A DNA stretch of 64,000 bases from an uncultured delta proteobacterium (GTDB lineage: Bacteria > Myxococcota_A > Polyangia > Polyangiales > Polyangiaceae), in contig CAVOKF010000007.1 in assembly GCA_963696385.1 (NCBI GenBank), positions 736,001-800,000 of the forward strand. The letters run 5' to 3'. The position numbers and the translations under genes were made by a program. The notes beneath the pieces are model-generated. The model was not told the DNA's origin. It saw nothing but the letters and a program-made list of their open reading frames with translations, and searched no databases. Below, one piece after another: positions 8,953-19,054 of the stretch; within the stretch, counting starts at the first letter, position 1; the number at the start of each line of letters is the position of its first letter.

Positions 8953-10436
8953 CAGGGAACCGCCGACGGGCCGCCTTCGGAACAGACCGGCGGCGGCGAG
9001 CAGCCGCCGTCGGGGCAGGGCGCCAGGCACGCCGGATCGCACGAATCGCTGCACACGTGCACCGGGATGGTCACCCAGCTCGCGCCGCCTCGGTCATCGT
9101 GAACGACGACGAAGATCACTCCGTCGTGGGGGTCGGTCGGCGCAAGGAAAGGCGGATTGAAGTCCGTGTCGGGATCGCTCACGGCACCGGTGGTCGGATC
9201 GTAGAGCAGGCGGGTATCCGATTTGAATCCGCCGAAGGTGCTGTAGTACTCGGCCCAGATCTCCTCGTGGCGCGCCACCCCGTTCGGACCGACGTCGAGC
9301 GGGTTCACCTCCCAGCTGTCGGGCGTCAGCGTGGGACCGATTGGAACCTGCGGGCAGGAGGCCGGCGTGCACACGACCGCGAAGGGAGCCGACACCGCGA
9401 ACAAAGGCGACGATCCCTCGATCGTGGCCTGAGCGGTTCCGCCGTCGCGGGAACCGAGATCGAGACTGGCCACGACGGGATTCTGGTTGATGTCATAGCC
9501 CCCGTCGGATCCGACGTACGAGTACACGCGCGTATAACCGAAGACGTAATCGTTCGCGCCGAGCTGGGTTCCGGCGTCATCGAAACAGCCGATCGGCAAC
9601 TGTTGCGGGTTGTTGCTCGAACCCACCGGCAGCGGCGCGAGGTGACCCGCGCAGGCCATATTGAATAAAATCACGAGTCCGTACGGTCCCGATCCCGCCA
9701 CCGGGGGGTGGGAGGTGACGACGTTGCACGGCATCGTGAACTGGAACGAGGACTCGACGGGCACCGGGACGGCGGCGTCCGGCGAGGCCATCGCGCAATG
9801 GGCATCGTCCGAACAAGCATCCGGCTCGGTACCCGCGCTTGCATCCAATCCAGCCGCGTCATCGGGAACCGCGTCGGCCGCTGCGCCCGCGTCGCCGACC
9901 GGCGGAGCAGCGGACTCCGTGCCGGCATCCGACCCGGCGTCGCCCGTCGGAGCCGCGCCGGCATCGACGCTGGCGTCCGGCACGGGAGCCGACTCGGCAT
10001 CGGAGGCGTCGGAACCCGCGGCCGCGCCGTCATCGGCCTGCGGCGCCGCGTCGTCGACGTCGGGGGCCCCGGCCTCTGTCGCCATCCCACTGCCGGTCGG
10101 ACACGGGCTCGGGCCCGGCCCGCCCCTACCCGCGAGCTCGGCCAGCAGTTGGCCAAAACACGCGTAGTACGCGTCTTGCGCGGGGTTCTCGCAGACCACC
10201 GGCAGCCATACGACGTTCATCGGAGCGGTACGCTGGGCGGCCGGACGACCGTCGTACGCCAACACGCGGACGCGCACCGTATCGCCCGGCTTCGCGTAAG
10301 GCTCGCTGGCGCTCGAGGCCAGAATGCGCACGCTCGCCAGCAGCGACGGGTCGGCGAAACCGCTCGGGGCACACGACGACGACCCCCACCCGAGTACGAC
10401 GACGAGACCCGCGGCGACGCGGCCGGCGATCCTCAT
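8952..10436 (-). CDS. Lipoprotein partner of the upstream TonB-dependent receptor, with Asp/Ala/Gly-rich linker
   Basis: Signal ..VVVLGWGSSS-C; VRILA..EP N-terminal and VVHDDRGGASW C-terminal blocks; starts 1 nt after the receptor stop. Confidence 0.75.
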   Translation of the reverse strand: MRIAGRVAAGLVVVLGWGSSSCAPSGFADPSLLASVRILASSASEPYAKPGDTVRVRVLAYDGRPAAQRTAPMNVVWLPVVCENPAQDAYYACFGQLLAELAGRGGPGPSPCPTGSGMATEAGAPDVDDAAPQADDGAAAGSDASDAESAPVPDASVDAGAAPTGDAGSDAGTESAAPPVGDAGAAADAVPDDAAGLDASAGTEPDACSDDAHCAMASPDAAVPVPVESSFQFTMPCNVVTSHPPVAGSGPYGLVILFNMACAGHLAPLPVGSSNNPQQLPIGCFDDAGTQLGANDYVFGYTRVYSYVGSDGGYDINQNPVVASLDLGSRDGGTAQATIEGSSPLFAVSAPFAVVCTPASCPQVPIGPTLTPDSWEVNPLDVGPNGVARHEEIWAEYYSTFGGFKSDTRLLYDPTTGAVSDPDTDFNPPFLAPTDPHDGVIFVVVHDDRGGASWVTIPVHVCSDSCDPACLAPCPDGGCSPPPVCSEGGPSAVP

Positions 10437-10437
10437 G

Positions 10438-13047
10438 TCACATCTCCACGCGGAGGCCCAAGCTGGGCAAGATGGGGAGATCGCCGAGGTACGAGGTCAT
10501 CGTCGAATTGTAATTGTAATTTATCCCATCGACATTGGCGTTATTGTAGACATTGAGAACATCGAGGTACGCCGCGACCTTGCCCCATCGAAAATTCCAG
10601 GTCTTGTCGACGCGGAGGTCGAGCGAATCGAACAGAGGCAGCCGCGATCCGTACTGAGGATACGCTTGAAGGGCGGAATAACTCCCGACGTTTTCGTCGT
10701 AGTAGCCATACTGCTGCGGCGTGTACATGTAGCCGCTGGTCAATCGGAAACGAGCGCCGAACTCCCAGCCATGCCCGAGCTTGTAGCTGCCGAGAATCGT
10801 CAATACGTGGGTCTCGTCGTACTCGGACACCATGAGCGGAGCGCCCGGCGCGTCGCGCCGCAGGCTGCGCGAAAGGGTGTAAGCAATCCAGCCGAAAAAG
10901 TGGGCGTCGGGCTTGTACCGAAGCAGCACCTCGGCTCCGTAGATGACGCCGGTGCCGGTGTTGCCCAGGTCCTGGACCACCAGGTGGTCGAGCTGCTTGT
11001 AAAACCCCTCGAACGATCCGTCGATCTGCTGGGTGAACTCGCGCTCGATTCCGAGATCGTAGTGGTACGCGCGGTTGCTCGTCAGTCCCGACATGCCGAA
11101 GACGGCGTTGGTCTCCTGGGGCTGCGGCGGCTGCGAGAAAAGTCCGATCCCGGCCTTGATCGTGGTCCGCGGCGCGGTCGTTAGGTCCTGTCGAACGACG
11201 ATGCGCGGATCCAGGTCCCAGGCGTTGGTGGCCTTCGTGTAGTCGAGCCGAAGGCCGGGCACGATGCGAGCGCCTCGCCACGGCGTGGCCTCCCACTCGA
11301 CGTAGGCCGCGGGCTCGTAGAGCGACGAGTTGCTGTTGGCCTGAAGCGGAGCCTGACTCGAAAAAGGACCCGACGGCGGGGACCCGGCAGTCGGGGCCGG
11401 CGGCAGTCGCGCCGCAAGGCCGTACGGGGCGTAAACCATGTCGACACCGACGTTCATCGTGAGCTGTGGGTCGATTTTCTGCGAGATCTCGGCTCTGCCG
11501 GTGATGGGCCAATCGGTCAGGGTGAAGTAGATGTTGCCCGCGCTCAAGTCCACGGCGTCTTCGCCGAACGCGACGACGGCGTGGAATCGCGTGTTGTCGC
11601 CCATCTGCAATTTGTACAGAGCTTGCGCTCTCCAGAAACCCGTATGGTCGCTGAGCTGCCCGGCCAGGGTCGGCGCCCCTTGACTTCCGCTGGTGAGCAG
11701 GATCGCGAGCCGATCGTCGGATCCGAAGAACGCAAAACGGATACTCGATCGATTGCTGAGATTGCGTTCGAGAATGGCTTGATAATCGTAATAGACAGGG
11801 GCCACGCTGACATCCGCGCCGGTCGCTTTGAGCACCGGTCCGAGCCACGTATCCACGTACGATCGGCGTCCGGCGACCAGAAATTTCCATCCCGTGTCGA
11901 AGACAGGACCCTGGACGAGCACACGGGCATCGATGAGGTTCGCCTCGGCCAGGGCATGCACCCTGTCCCCCTTGGGCTCGGCCAAGCCGACGTCGACGAT
12001 ACCGCCCATCGCGCGGCCGTATTCGGTGCTGAAATTGCCCGGGAAAAAATCGATTCGATCGATCGCCTCGGTGGGCAAGACCGAAAATAGCCCGCCGAAG
12101 TGGTAGACGATCGGGATCGGCGTCCCGTCGACGAAATACTGGGAGTCTTCCGGGGCCGATCCCCGCACAATGAGCAGCCCGGACAGCGCCGGGGGCCGGG
12201 CCACCCCAGGCAGGTTCTCGAGCGAGTGCAGGGCGTCGCCGCTCGTGCCGGGAATGCGATTGATCTCGCTCTGGTCGAGCGTGAATTCGGTGACCTCGCG
12301 AGGCGGCCTCTTGCCGTGAACGTCGACCTGCTCAATCTCATCCGACGCGTCCGGGGCGCCCGGCGCCGGCGCCGCCGTCGTCGGCTCGAGCCGGTCGATG
12401 GCGCGCTCCTCCTGGGCGGGCTTGAGCGTCTGGTCCACTTCGTGCGCTTGCATGCCCGCGGCGGCAATCGTCACGTGGTACGCGCCCGGGGGTAGCTTTT
12501 CGATGCGCCAGGAGCCATCGGCCCCCGTCACGGTCGACCGCTCGCTGGCCGTGGCGTCGCGCACGGTGATGGTCGCGCCCTCGACCGGCCGATCGCTCGC
12601 GAGCACGCGCACCGTGCCGGAGAGCGTCGCCGGCGGCGGCGTAAACGTGTACGTAAAGCGAATGCGGGCGGCGACGGGGACGCCGTCGCGCTTGGCCGGG
12701 TCGAACTTCAGGTCCATGGCGGCGGCGACCGCCGCTTCGTCGAAGCCGTGACCCGCAGGACTCTCGACCTCGGCCTTGCTCACGGCACCGCTCGAGTCGA
12801 TGCCGACGAACAGCGAAACGGTGACGGCTCGATCGACCCCGTCATCGACCGCTTGCTTGGGGTACCGCGCGCCGCCGTCGAAGCGCAGGACCGGCGGAGT
12901 GACTTCGCTCGGCCGGACGGGCACGCCAGCATCCGGGCCCGATCCGCCGGTGTCGTCGGCGTGAGTCGGTACCGGGCGCGCGAAGACCCCTATCGCCGCC
13001 GCGATCGCGAACAGCCAGGCCTGAATGGGGGAGCGCGGCGCTCGCAT
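10438..13047 (-). CDS. TonB-dependent receptor fused to N-terminal TonB C-terminal domain and carboxypeptidase-regulatory-like domain
   Basis: Signal peptide; YPKQA..GHGFDEAAVAAA..FDPA (TonB_C); plug (IPGTSGD..LPGV..LIVRG..PGNFSTEYG); barrel with PGLRLD, DLRVDK, LDVLNVYN. Confidence 0.9.
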   Translation of the reverse strand: MRAPRSPIQAWLFAIAAAIGVFARPVPTHADDTGGSGPDAGVPVRPSEVTPPVLRFDGGARYPKQAVDDGVDRAVTVSLFVGIDSSGAVSKAEVESPAGHGFDEAAVAAAMDLKFDPAKRDGVPVAARIRFTYTFTPPPATLSGTVRVLASDRPVEGATITVRDATASERSTVTGADGSWRIEKLPPGAYHVTIAAAGMQAHEVDQTLKPAQEERAIDRLEPTTAAPAPGAPDASDEIEQVDVHGKRPPREVTEFTLDQSEINRIPGTSGDALHSLENLPGVARPPALSGLLIVRGSAPEDSQYFVDGTPIPIVYHFGGLFSVLPTEAIDRIDFFPGNFSTEYGRAMGGIVDVGLAEPKGDRVHALAEANLIDARVLVQGPVFDTGWKFLVAGRRSYVDTWLGPVLKATGADVSVAPVYYDYQAILERNLSNRSSIRFAFFGSDDRLAILLTSGSQGAPTLAGQLSDHTGFWRAQALYKLQMGDNTRFHAVVAFGEDAVDLSAGNIYFTLTDWPITGRAEISQKIDPQLTMNVGVDMVYAPYGLAARLPPAPTAGSPPSGPFSSQAPLQANSNSSLYEPAAYVEWEATPWRGARIVPGLRLDYTKATNAWDLDPRIVVRQDLTTAPRTTIKAGIGLFSQPPQPQETNAVFGMSGLTSNRAYHYDLGIEREFTQQIDGSFEGFYKQLDHLVVQDLGNTGTGVIYGAEVLLRYKPDAHFFGWIAYTLSRSLRRDAPGAPLMVSEYDETHVLTILGSYKLGHGWEFGARFRLTSGYMYTPQQYGYYDENVGSYSALQAYPQYGSRLPLFDSLDLRVDKTWNFRWGKVAAYLDVLNVYNNANVDGINYNYNSTMTSYLGDLPILPSLGLRVEM

Positions 13048-13254
13048 CGCGCAGCTCAGCGCTTAGCCGAGTCCGGCGGGGGCGCCAACCGACAAAGTGC
13101 GGGTGCTCCGAAGAGCGGCCTCGTCCGATGCGGTCGGTCCGCGACCGCAGAAGCCACGGCCCGCGCGCCGGGCGGGATGCCGCCGTGACGGACCGGATCC
13201 CGAAGGGCACGGGGCGCCCGCAAACCGGTGTGATATACGCGCTCGCGCAAGCGC

Positions 13255-15372
13255 ATGGCTGTCCCGCAAGCCCTCGACGGGGCCATGTCGAGCTCCTCGT
13301 CGCGGAGCCTGTCGCTCGACGCCGAGGGCTGGCGTTCGACGTGGTCACGCCCTCCGGACCTGCCGGCCCAGGCAGCGCTCGCCCTCGCCATCGTGCTGCT
13401 CGCGAGCTCGCTCACCCGCCGCAGCACGCGATGGGTCGCTTCGTGGTTCGACTTTGCCGCGATCGCGCAGCCGGCGCGCCGCCACCGCTTTCTGACCGTC
13501 GCCGCCTTTGCCGCAGCGTTTCTGTCGCTCGGCTACATCGCGTTCTACCTGCGCGGCGGGCCTCGCGCCGTGGATGCCCCCATCTACTTTCTCCAGGGAC
13601 GAGCGTTGTCGCACGGTCATTGGTCATGGGGCGCAGGCCAGCCCACGGCCAGCTTCCGAGCCGGCGGGCTGCTGCTCACGCCTCCTGACCGTCTCGCCGG
13701 CATCTTTCCCCCCGGGTTCCCTCTTCTGCTGGCGTTCGGGTTCCTCGTCGGCGCGCCGATGTTGGTGGGACCCCTCGTCGCCGCCGCGGTGGTGATCGCC
13801 ACCTGGTGGCTCGCGCGCGAGCTCGCCCTCGGCACGGGCGAGAGCCCGCAGAGGGCCGAGGGCGCCGCGTGCGTGGCCGCTGGACTCTCCATTGTTTGTG
13901 CGGCGCTGCGCTATCACACGGCCGACACGTTACCGCACGGAGCCGCCGCGGCCGCGGTGGCGACGGCGATGGCGTCGGCGCTTCGGGGGCGCCGTCTCGA
14001 TCGCGCGGGCGACGGCCGTCCCCTGCTCTTCGCGGCGTCGGGGTTGGCGTTGGGCATGCTGGTGGCCACGGAGCCACGGTCGGCGATCGCGGTCGGGGCC
14101 ATCGTCCTCGGGCTTTCGATCGGATGCCGCCAGCGCATCCGATCGATCGGTTGGGCGGCGGCCGCAGCCCTGCCGGGTGTGATCGTGTTGCTCGCGGCCA
14201 ACCGCGCGGCCGGCGGCCGAGCGTTCGCGTCGCCGGCCTCGGCGTACTTCGTGCTGGCCGGCCGCGGGCCGGGCGGCTTTTCGACCGCCGACGCCCTCGC
14301 GCGAACGATCGATCGGCTGGGGGCGCACCTATTCGACGTGGCGAACTTCGAGCCGCTCGCGCTCTTGCCCCTCGTCGCGCTGTTCGGCCGCCGGCGCGCC
14401 CGCCCCAGCGTTTATTGGGCCCCAGCACTCATCGTCGGTCAACTGTTGGCGTATGGGCCGGTTGCCTCCGAGGTCGTCGGACCGGGCGCCGGCGCGAGCA
14501 TCCTCGCGGACGTCCTTCCGATCGACCATGCGCTCATCGCGCTCGCTCTCGTGCGCGTGTTCCCGAACGCGCTCGGACGCGCCGCGACGGCGCTTCTGGG
14601 CTTCGCGATCGGGGGGTTTGCCGTCCATGCGGCGTACGCGCACGACCGGCTCGCCACGAGCGACATCGGACGCCCGCGCTTCGAACCGGATGTACCGCGC
14701 GACGCTTCCGTCAACACCGGTCTGCTCTTTTTCGACAATGACGCGGGGTTCGAATTGGCCCACGACCCGGACGTGGCCGCCAACCGCGGACTCGAGGCCG
14801 TGCGGCTGCGGGGCGATGATCACGATCGGCTGATTTTCGACTGGCTCGGCCGTCCTCCAACGCACCGGTACATGACCTCCGCGACCGGCCGTTCAACCGT
14901 GCCGCCGTGGTCTCCGGGGCCAGCGAGCGACTTCTGGCGCTTCGAATCCGAGAGCGAATGGCTGGTTTCGGCATCGGGTGGATTGGCCGAGGCGCAGGCT
15001 CTTGCCGTTCCCACGTGCGTATCGGGAGGCCACGCTGTCGTGCTGACGCCCGCCGCATCGGCCATGGCGAGCGTCCGGATCGAGCTGCCGATGCCTCGCG
15101 AGAACATCACTCGCAAGGGGCATAGCTGGATCGTGACGCCGCGCGTGATCGAGCGCTCGACCGGAGCCGCCGGCGAACTCACTCTCGTGACGAAGTCGGC
15201 CGGGCCGACGCTGGCGCACTGGTCGTGGTCGGACGACGTGCAAACGCCCAACTGCCGCGACCTGAGTCCACAGGTCGTCGATGTCGCCACCGACGGGGAT
15301 CGCTACTGGCTCGTCCTTCAAGCCCGTCGCGGCGCGGTCGCGCTCGACCGGACCACGTTGCAAGCCCGCTGA
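13255..15372 (+). CDS. Polytopic membrane protein, GT-C-type glycosyltransferase-like, with C-terminal extracytoplasmic domain
   Basis: First loop RAVDAPIYFLQG..IFPPGFPLLLA resembles GT-C/ArnT-PMT enzymes; many hydrophobic helices; start could be 13285. Confidence 0.55.
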   Translation: MAVPQALDGAMSSSSSRSLSLDAEGWRSTWSRPPDLPAQAALALAIVLLASSLTRRSTRWVASWFDFAAIAQPARRHRFLTVAAFAAAFLSLGYIAFYLRGGPRAVDAPIYFLQGRALSHGHWSWGAGQPTASFRAGGLLLTPPDRLAGIFPPGFPLLLAFGFLVGAPMLVGPLVAAAVVIATWWLARELALGTGESPQRAEGAACVAAGLSIVCAALRYHTADTLPHGAAAAAVATAMASALRGRRLDRAGDGRPLLFAASGLALGMLVATEPRSAIAVGAIVLGLSIGCRQRIRSIGWAAAAALPGVIVLLAANRAAGGRAFASPASAYFVLAGRGPGGFSTADALARTIDRLGAHLFDVANFEPLALLPLVALFGRRRARPSVYWAPALIVGQLLAYGPVASEVVGPGAGASILADVLPIDHALIALALVRVFPNALGRAATALLGFAIGGFAVHAAYAHDRLATSDIGRPRFEPDVPRDASVNTGLLFFDNDAGFELAHDPDVAANRGLEAVRLRGDDHDRLIFDWLGRPPTHRYMTSATGRSTVPPWSPGPASDFWRFESESEWLVSASGGLAEAQALAVPTCVSGGHAVVLTPAASAMASVRIELPMPRENITRKGHSWIVTPRVIERSTGAAGELTLVTKSAGPTLAHWSWSDDVQTPNCRDLSPQVVDVATDGDRYWLVLQARRGAVALDRTTLQAR

Positions 15373-15395
15373 TGAGCCCGCCGGCGCCATAGGCG

Positions 15396-15425
15396 TTGAC
15401 GTCGCGGAAATGTAAGTGATAGCGA
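15396..15425 (+). promoter_or_regulatory. Putative sigma70-type promoter for ihfB-tyrS
   Basis: TTGACG-N18-TAGCGA with extended TGn. Confidence 0.45.
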
Positions 15426-15478
15426 TACTTTCTGAACGACCGGTAGCGTCTCATCCGGCCCTCTGCGAGCGGAGCACC

Positions 15479-15799
15479 ATGACGAAGAGCGAACTCATCG
15501 ACGCGCTGGCGGCTCGCCGGACGGACCTCACCAAGGCGCGAGCGGAGCTCGTCGTCAACTGCGTGTTCGACGCCATGACCGAGGCGCTGCAAGGCGGTGA
15601 GGGAATCGAGATCCGCGGCTTCGGCAGCTTTACGGTACGGCCGTACAAGCCCTACTCGGGCCGCAACCCGCGAACCGGCGATCCGGTCGACGTCCCGGCC
15701 AAGCGCTTGCCCTTCTTCAAGGTCGGCAAGGAGCTGAAAGAGATTGTCAACGGAAGTCGCCACCTGCCCATTACCGGTGGCAAGGACGACGACAAGTAG
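15479..15799 (+). CDS. ihfB: Integration host factor beta subunit / HU family
   Basis: MTKSELIDAL..IEIRGFGSF..GRNPRTG..PFFKVGKEL; GGAG SD. Confidence 0.9.
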   Translation: MTKSELIDALAARRTDLTKARAELVVNCVFDAMTEALQGGEGIEIRGFGSFTVRPYKPYSGRNPRTGDPVDVPAKRLPFFKVGKELKEIVNGSRHLPITGGKDDDK

Positions 15800-15814
15800 C
15801 GCCCTCGACCGCGC

Positions 15815-17065
15815 ATGTCTTCATTCCTTCCGGTAGCCGACCAGATCGCCTGGCTCGAGCGCGGCATCGAGGACTTTCACGTGCGCGCCGAGCTCGAAGA
15901 GCGCCTCGAGGAATCGAGGTGCATGGACCGGCCGCTGCGGGTCAAGGCGGGCTTCGATCCGACGCGGCCCGACCTTCACCTGGGCCACTGCGTGCTCCTG
16001 CAGAAGATTCGGAATTTTCAAGACCTCGGGCACACAGCCCTATTCCTCATCGGTGACTTCACGGCGATGGTCGGAGACCCTACCGGCCAGAGCGAGAGCC
16101 GACCCCGCCTGACGCGCGACGAGGTCCAGCGCTCCGCGGAGACGTACCTGGAGCAAGCGTTCAAGGTGCTCGACGCTCAGAGGGTGGAGCTGCGGCGCAA
16201 CAGCGAGTGGCTGGACCGCATGTCGCTCGTCGACACCGTCGAGCTCATGGCGAAGACGACGGTCTCGCGAATGCTGGAGCGCAAGGATTTCCGCCAACGA
16301 TTCGAGCAAGAGCGTCCAATCCATCAGCACGAGTTTCTCTACCCATTGCTCCAGGCGTACGACTCGGTCGCGCTCGACTGCGACGTCGAACTCGGCGGGA
16401 CCGATCAGCTCTTCAACTTGCTCATGGGACGCGAGTTGATGGCCAAGTACGGCAAACGCGCACAGATCGTGATGACGACGCCGATTCTCGAGGGAACCGA
16501 CGCTCGGATCGAAGGGGGCGTCGTCGTCGGCAAAAAAATGAGCAAAAGCAGCGGGAACACGATCGGTCTTCAGGAGGAGCCGGCCGCGATGTTCCGCAAG
16601 GCGATGCAGATCGACGACACGGTCGTCTTCCGATTCTTTCGCCTTCTATCGGGCAAGAGCGCCGAGGAGATCGCGGCGCTCGAGCGGGACAAGGCGAGCG
16701 GCCGCAGCCCGTTGGAGATCAAGGCGCTCTTTGCGGCCGAGATCGTCGAACGCTTCCACGGCGCGGAGGCCGCCCAAAAGGCGGCACGTGACTTCGAGAA
16801 TGTCTACGGCCGCGATCGCGTGCCCGACGTCGTGCCGCGCTTCGAGCTGACGCCACCCGGTGGGGTCGCGGAGCTCGCTTGGGCCCTCAAGCAGGCGAAT
16901 CTGGTCGCCTCCACGACCTTAGCCCGGCGCTTGGTCGAACAGGGCGGCGTGGAGGTCGACGGGCAGCGGGTGACCGATCCGAAGGCCCGGCTCGATCCCG
17001 GCACCGAGCGGCTGGTACGAGTGGGGTCGAAGAATCGCCGATTCGCGCGAATCTTGGTCAAATGA
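15815..17065 (+). CDS. tyrS: Tyrosine-tRNA ligase
   Basis: GFDPT..HLGH (HIGH), YPLLQAYD, GGTDQ, KMSKS, C-terminal S4 domain. Confidence 0.97.
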   Translation: MSSFLPVADQIAWLERGIEDFHVRAELEERLEESRCMDRPLRVKAGFDPTRPDLHLGHCVLLQKIRNFQDLGHTALFLIGDFTAMVGDPTGQSESRPRLTRDEVQRSAETYLEQAFKVLDAQRVELRRNSEWLDRMSLVDTVELMAKTTVSRMLERKDFRQRFEQERPIHQHEFLYPLLQAYDSVALDCDVELGGTDQLFNLLMGRELMAKYGKRAQIVMTTPILEGTDARIEGGVVVGKKMSKSSGNTIGLQEEPAAMFRKAMQIDDTVVFRFFRLLSGKSAEEIAALERDKASGRSPLEIKALFAAEIVERFHGAEAAQKAARDFENVYGRDRVPDVVPRFELTPPGGVAELAWALKQANLVASTTLARRLVEQGGVEVDGQRVTDPKARLDPGTERLVRVGSKNRRFARILVK

Positions 17066-18060
17066 CGGTCCCCCGGCGGCGGGCGCTCGCCGCGCTGGGA
17101 GTGCTCAGCGCGGCCGCCTGCGGCGTCCCGTCGGCGCGCACGTCCATCGTCCAAGAAGCACCGAGCCCCCTCTTGGTCGATCCGCTGGTCGACCTCGTTG
17201 CTATTGCCCGTCTGGCGTGGCTCGTACAGTTGAGACCCCGCGACCTGATGAGCCAGCCGACGTTCGCGCGCGCCCTAGCGACCCTCATCCCCGCGTGGCG
17301 CTTCGACGCGCTCGCCGAGCACCACGGCGGAGTGGACATCCGCCGTGCGAGCGAATTGGTCGTAGCCGGATATCCCGAAACGACCTTGGTTTTGGCGCGG
17401 GTCGACGTGGACGCAGCGCGCGTCGAACGGGCGTTCTCCGAGCGGGCCGCGGCCGTCGACGGGCGAAGCGTCGAGCGCAGCGTCACCAGGGTCTGGGGAG
17501 CGGCGGGCGGCACGCGCGCCCAGCTTGCCGTCTTCGGTCGCGAAGCGGTGGGGATCGAGCGCGGGCGACCGGGTCCGCTGGGCGCGGCGGTGTACTTCGC
17601 GGAAAAGCGGCTGAAGCGATCGGTGCCCGCCCTGCGGGCCGAGCCCCTCGCGGCGGCGGCCGAAGGGATCGGTGACGCGCCGATTCGCGCCTTCGCTGCG
17701 GGTCCGTTCGATGAACGGTGGGGCGCCGGCCTCGGGGGGTTGCTGCGCGCCACCACCGCCGCCGGCGCGTCGTTGCGGGCTTCCGGCTCCCGCGAGAACA
17801 CCTTTGTGGCACGTTGCGTGCTGACGGGCTCCTGGGGCGACGCCAGTGCGGCCGCCGCCCAACGGTTCGGCGCGGCATTCGACCTCTTCGCGAACGACCC
17901 GATCGGCCGCCTCACGGGCCTCGACCGGCCCGCGACGGCCTGCCGCGTGCAAGCCGATTCGGAGGCCCTGAAGCTCGAAGTCGGCCTCGACGCAGAAGCA
18001 CTCGCCCGGGGGCTTGCCGCGGTGACGACCGGAACGCTCGCCGACATACTTGCCCTTTGA
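17062..18060 (+). CDS. Hypothetical lipoprotein
   Basis: ATGA overlap with the tyrS stop; MTVPRRRALAALGVLSAAA-C lipobox. Confidence 0.75.
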   Translation: MTVPRRRALAALGVLSAAACGVPSARTSIVQEAPSPLLVDPLVDLVAIARLAWLVQLRPRDLMSQPTFARALATLIPAWRFDALAEHHGGVDIRRASELVVAGYPETTLVLARVDVDAARVERAFSERAAAVDGRSVERSVTRVWGAAGGTRAQLAVFGREAVGIERGRPGPLGAAVYFAEKRLKRSVPALRAEPLAAAAEGIGDAPIRAFAAGPFDERWGAGLGGLLRATTAAGASLRASGSRENTFVARCVLTGSWGDASAAAAQRFGAAFDLFANDPIGRLTGLDRPATACRVQADSEALKLEVGLDAEALARGLAAVTTGTLADILAL

Positions 18061-18106
18061 CGGCGCGTCCGCACGCGGCTGCGGAAAGTGTGGCACGCTG
18101 TCCGGG

Positions 18107-18961
18107 ATGGCGGCCATGGCCCCCCGCTCCCCGCCTCGCGAGCCCGGCGGATCCACGCCCTGGACCGCCCGCGCGCCGATGCTGGGGGCGCTCGGCGCAG
18201 CGGCGATCGGCCTCGGAGGTTGCGTCGCCTCGATTTGCGAGGAGCGCGTGTACGGTCTGCCGCACCCGGCGATCGATGCCCAAACGCAGGTCGTCGCCGT
18301 GCGGGGGCCCAGCTTCTCCCGGGTGCAGGCCACGGCGCGCGGCAGAAGCGTCGACGTGAGCGTCGAGGAAGTGGCCGAGTGCCGCGACGAAAGCGTGACG
18401 GCCCCGATGGTCCGTGACGTCGAGCTCCGGCGTACGTTCGTGGACGACGCGCAGGAGCGAAACGGGGCGCTCGCCATACTGGCCGGGGGCGCCATCGCTC
18501 TGCTCACGTACGGCGCCCACCAAGCGGACTGTTCGGCGGGCGATCACGCGTGCACCGACGTCATTTCGACGACGAGGACCTTGGCGTACGCCACGCTCGC
18601 AGTCGCCGCGATTCCGGTGGCCATGCTCGCGTACAACGCGATCGTCGTGCAGAGTCATTCCACGATCGATCGCGCGCCCCCCGTGACGAGAGCCACACCG
18701 TGGACACCCTGTCCGACGCGACCTGTCCCCCACGAAGAGGTCGAAATGACCGTCGGGGGGCGCACGCTGCGGGGCGTCACCGGTCCGGACGGACGCGTGG
18801 CCCTGGACCTCTCGACCGTTCCGGGGGATGACGTCGCGCACGCCAGCGAGGCGATCGTCCACCACGCAGGCTCTCCCGACATCACGGTCAATCTCGTCTC
18901 TCCCACGATGGCGCCGCCGGTCTCGACGGCGCCCCCGAGCCCCGGTTCAAAGACCCCCTAA
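18107..18961 (+). CDS. Hypothetical lipoprotein / membrane protein
   Basis: LGAAAIGLGG-C lipobox, two internal hydrophobic segments; start uncertain (18107/18116/18179). Confidence 0.65.
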   Translation: MAAMAPRSPPREPGGSTPWTARAPMLGALGAAAIGLGGCVASICEERVYGLPHPAIDAQTQVVAVRGPSFSRVQATARGRSVDVSVEEVAECRDESVTAPMVRDVELRRTFVDDAQERNGALAILAGGAIALLTYGAHQADCSAGDHACTDVISTTRTLAYATLAVAAIPVAMLAYNAIVVQSHSTIDRAPPVTRATPWTPCPTRPVPHEEVEMTVGGRTLRGVTGPDGRVALDLSTVPGDDVAHASEAIVHHAGSPDITVNLVSPTMAPPVSTAPPSPGSKTP

Positions 18962-18995
18962 ATGCCCCTCAATTCTCGCTTTGTTCGGCCGGTGA

Positions 18996-19025
18996 TTGAC
19001 GCCGGCAGGCCGCTGATGGTAGCGC
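18996..19025 (+). promoter_or_regulatory. Putative sigma70-type promoter for cdnL/carD
   Basis: TTGACG-N18-TAGCGC with extended TGn; same layout as the ihfB promoter. Confidence 0.45.
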
Positions 19026-19054
19026 ACCCCGCTCGCTTCGCCTTCGAAACCTCG

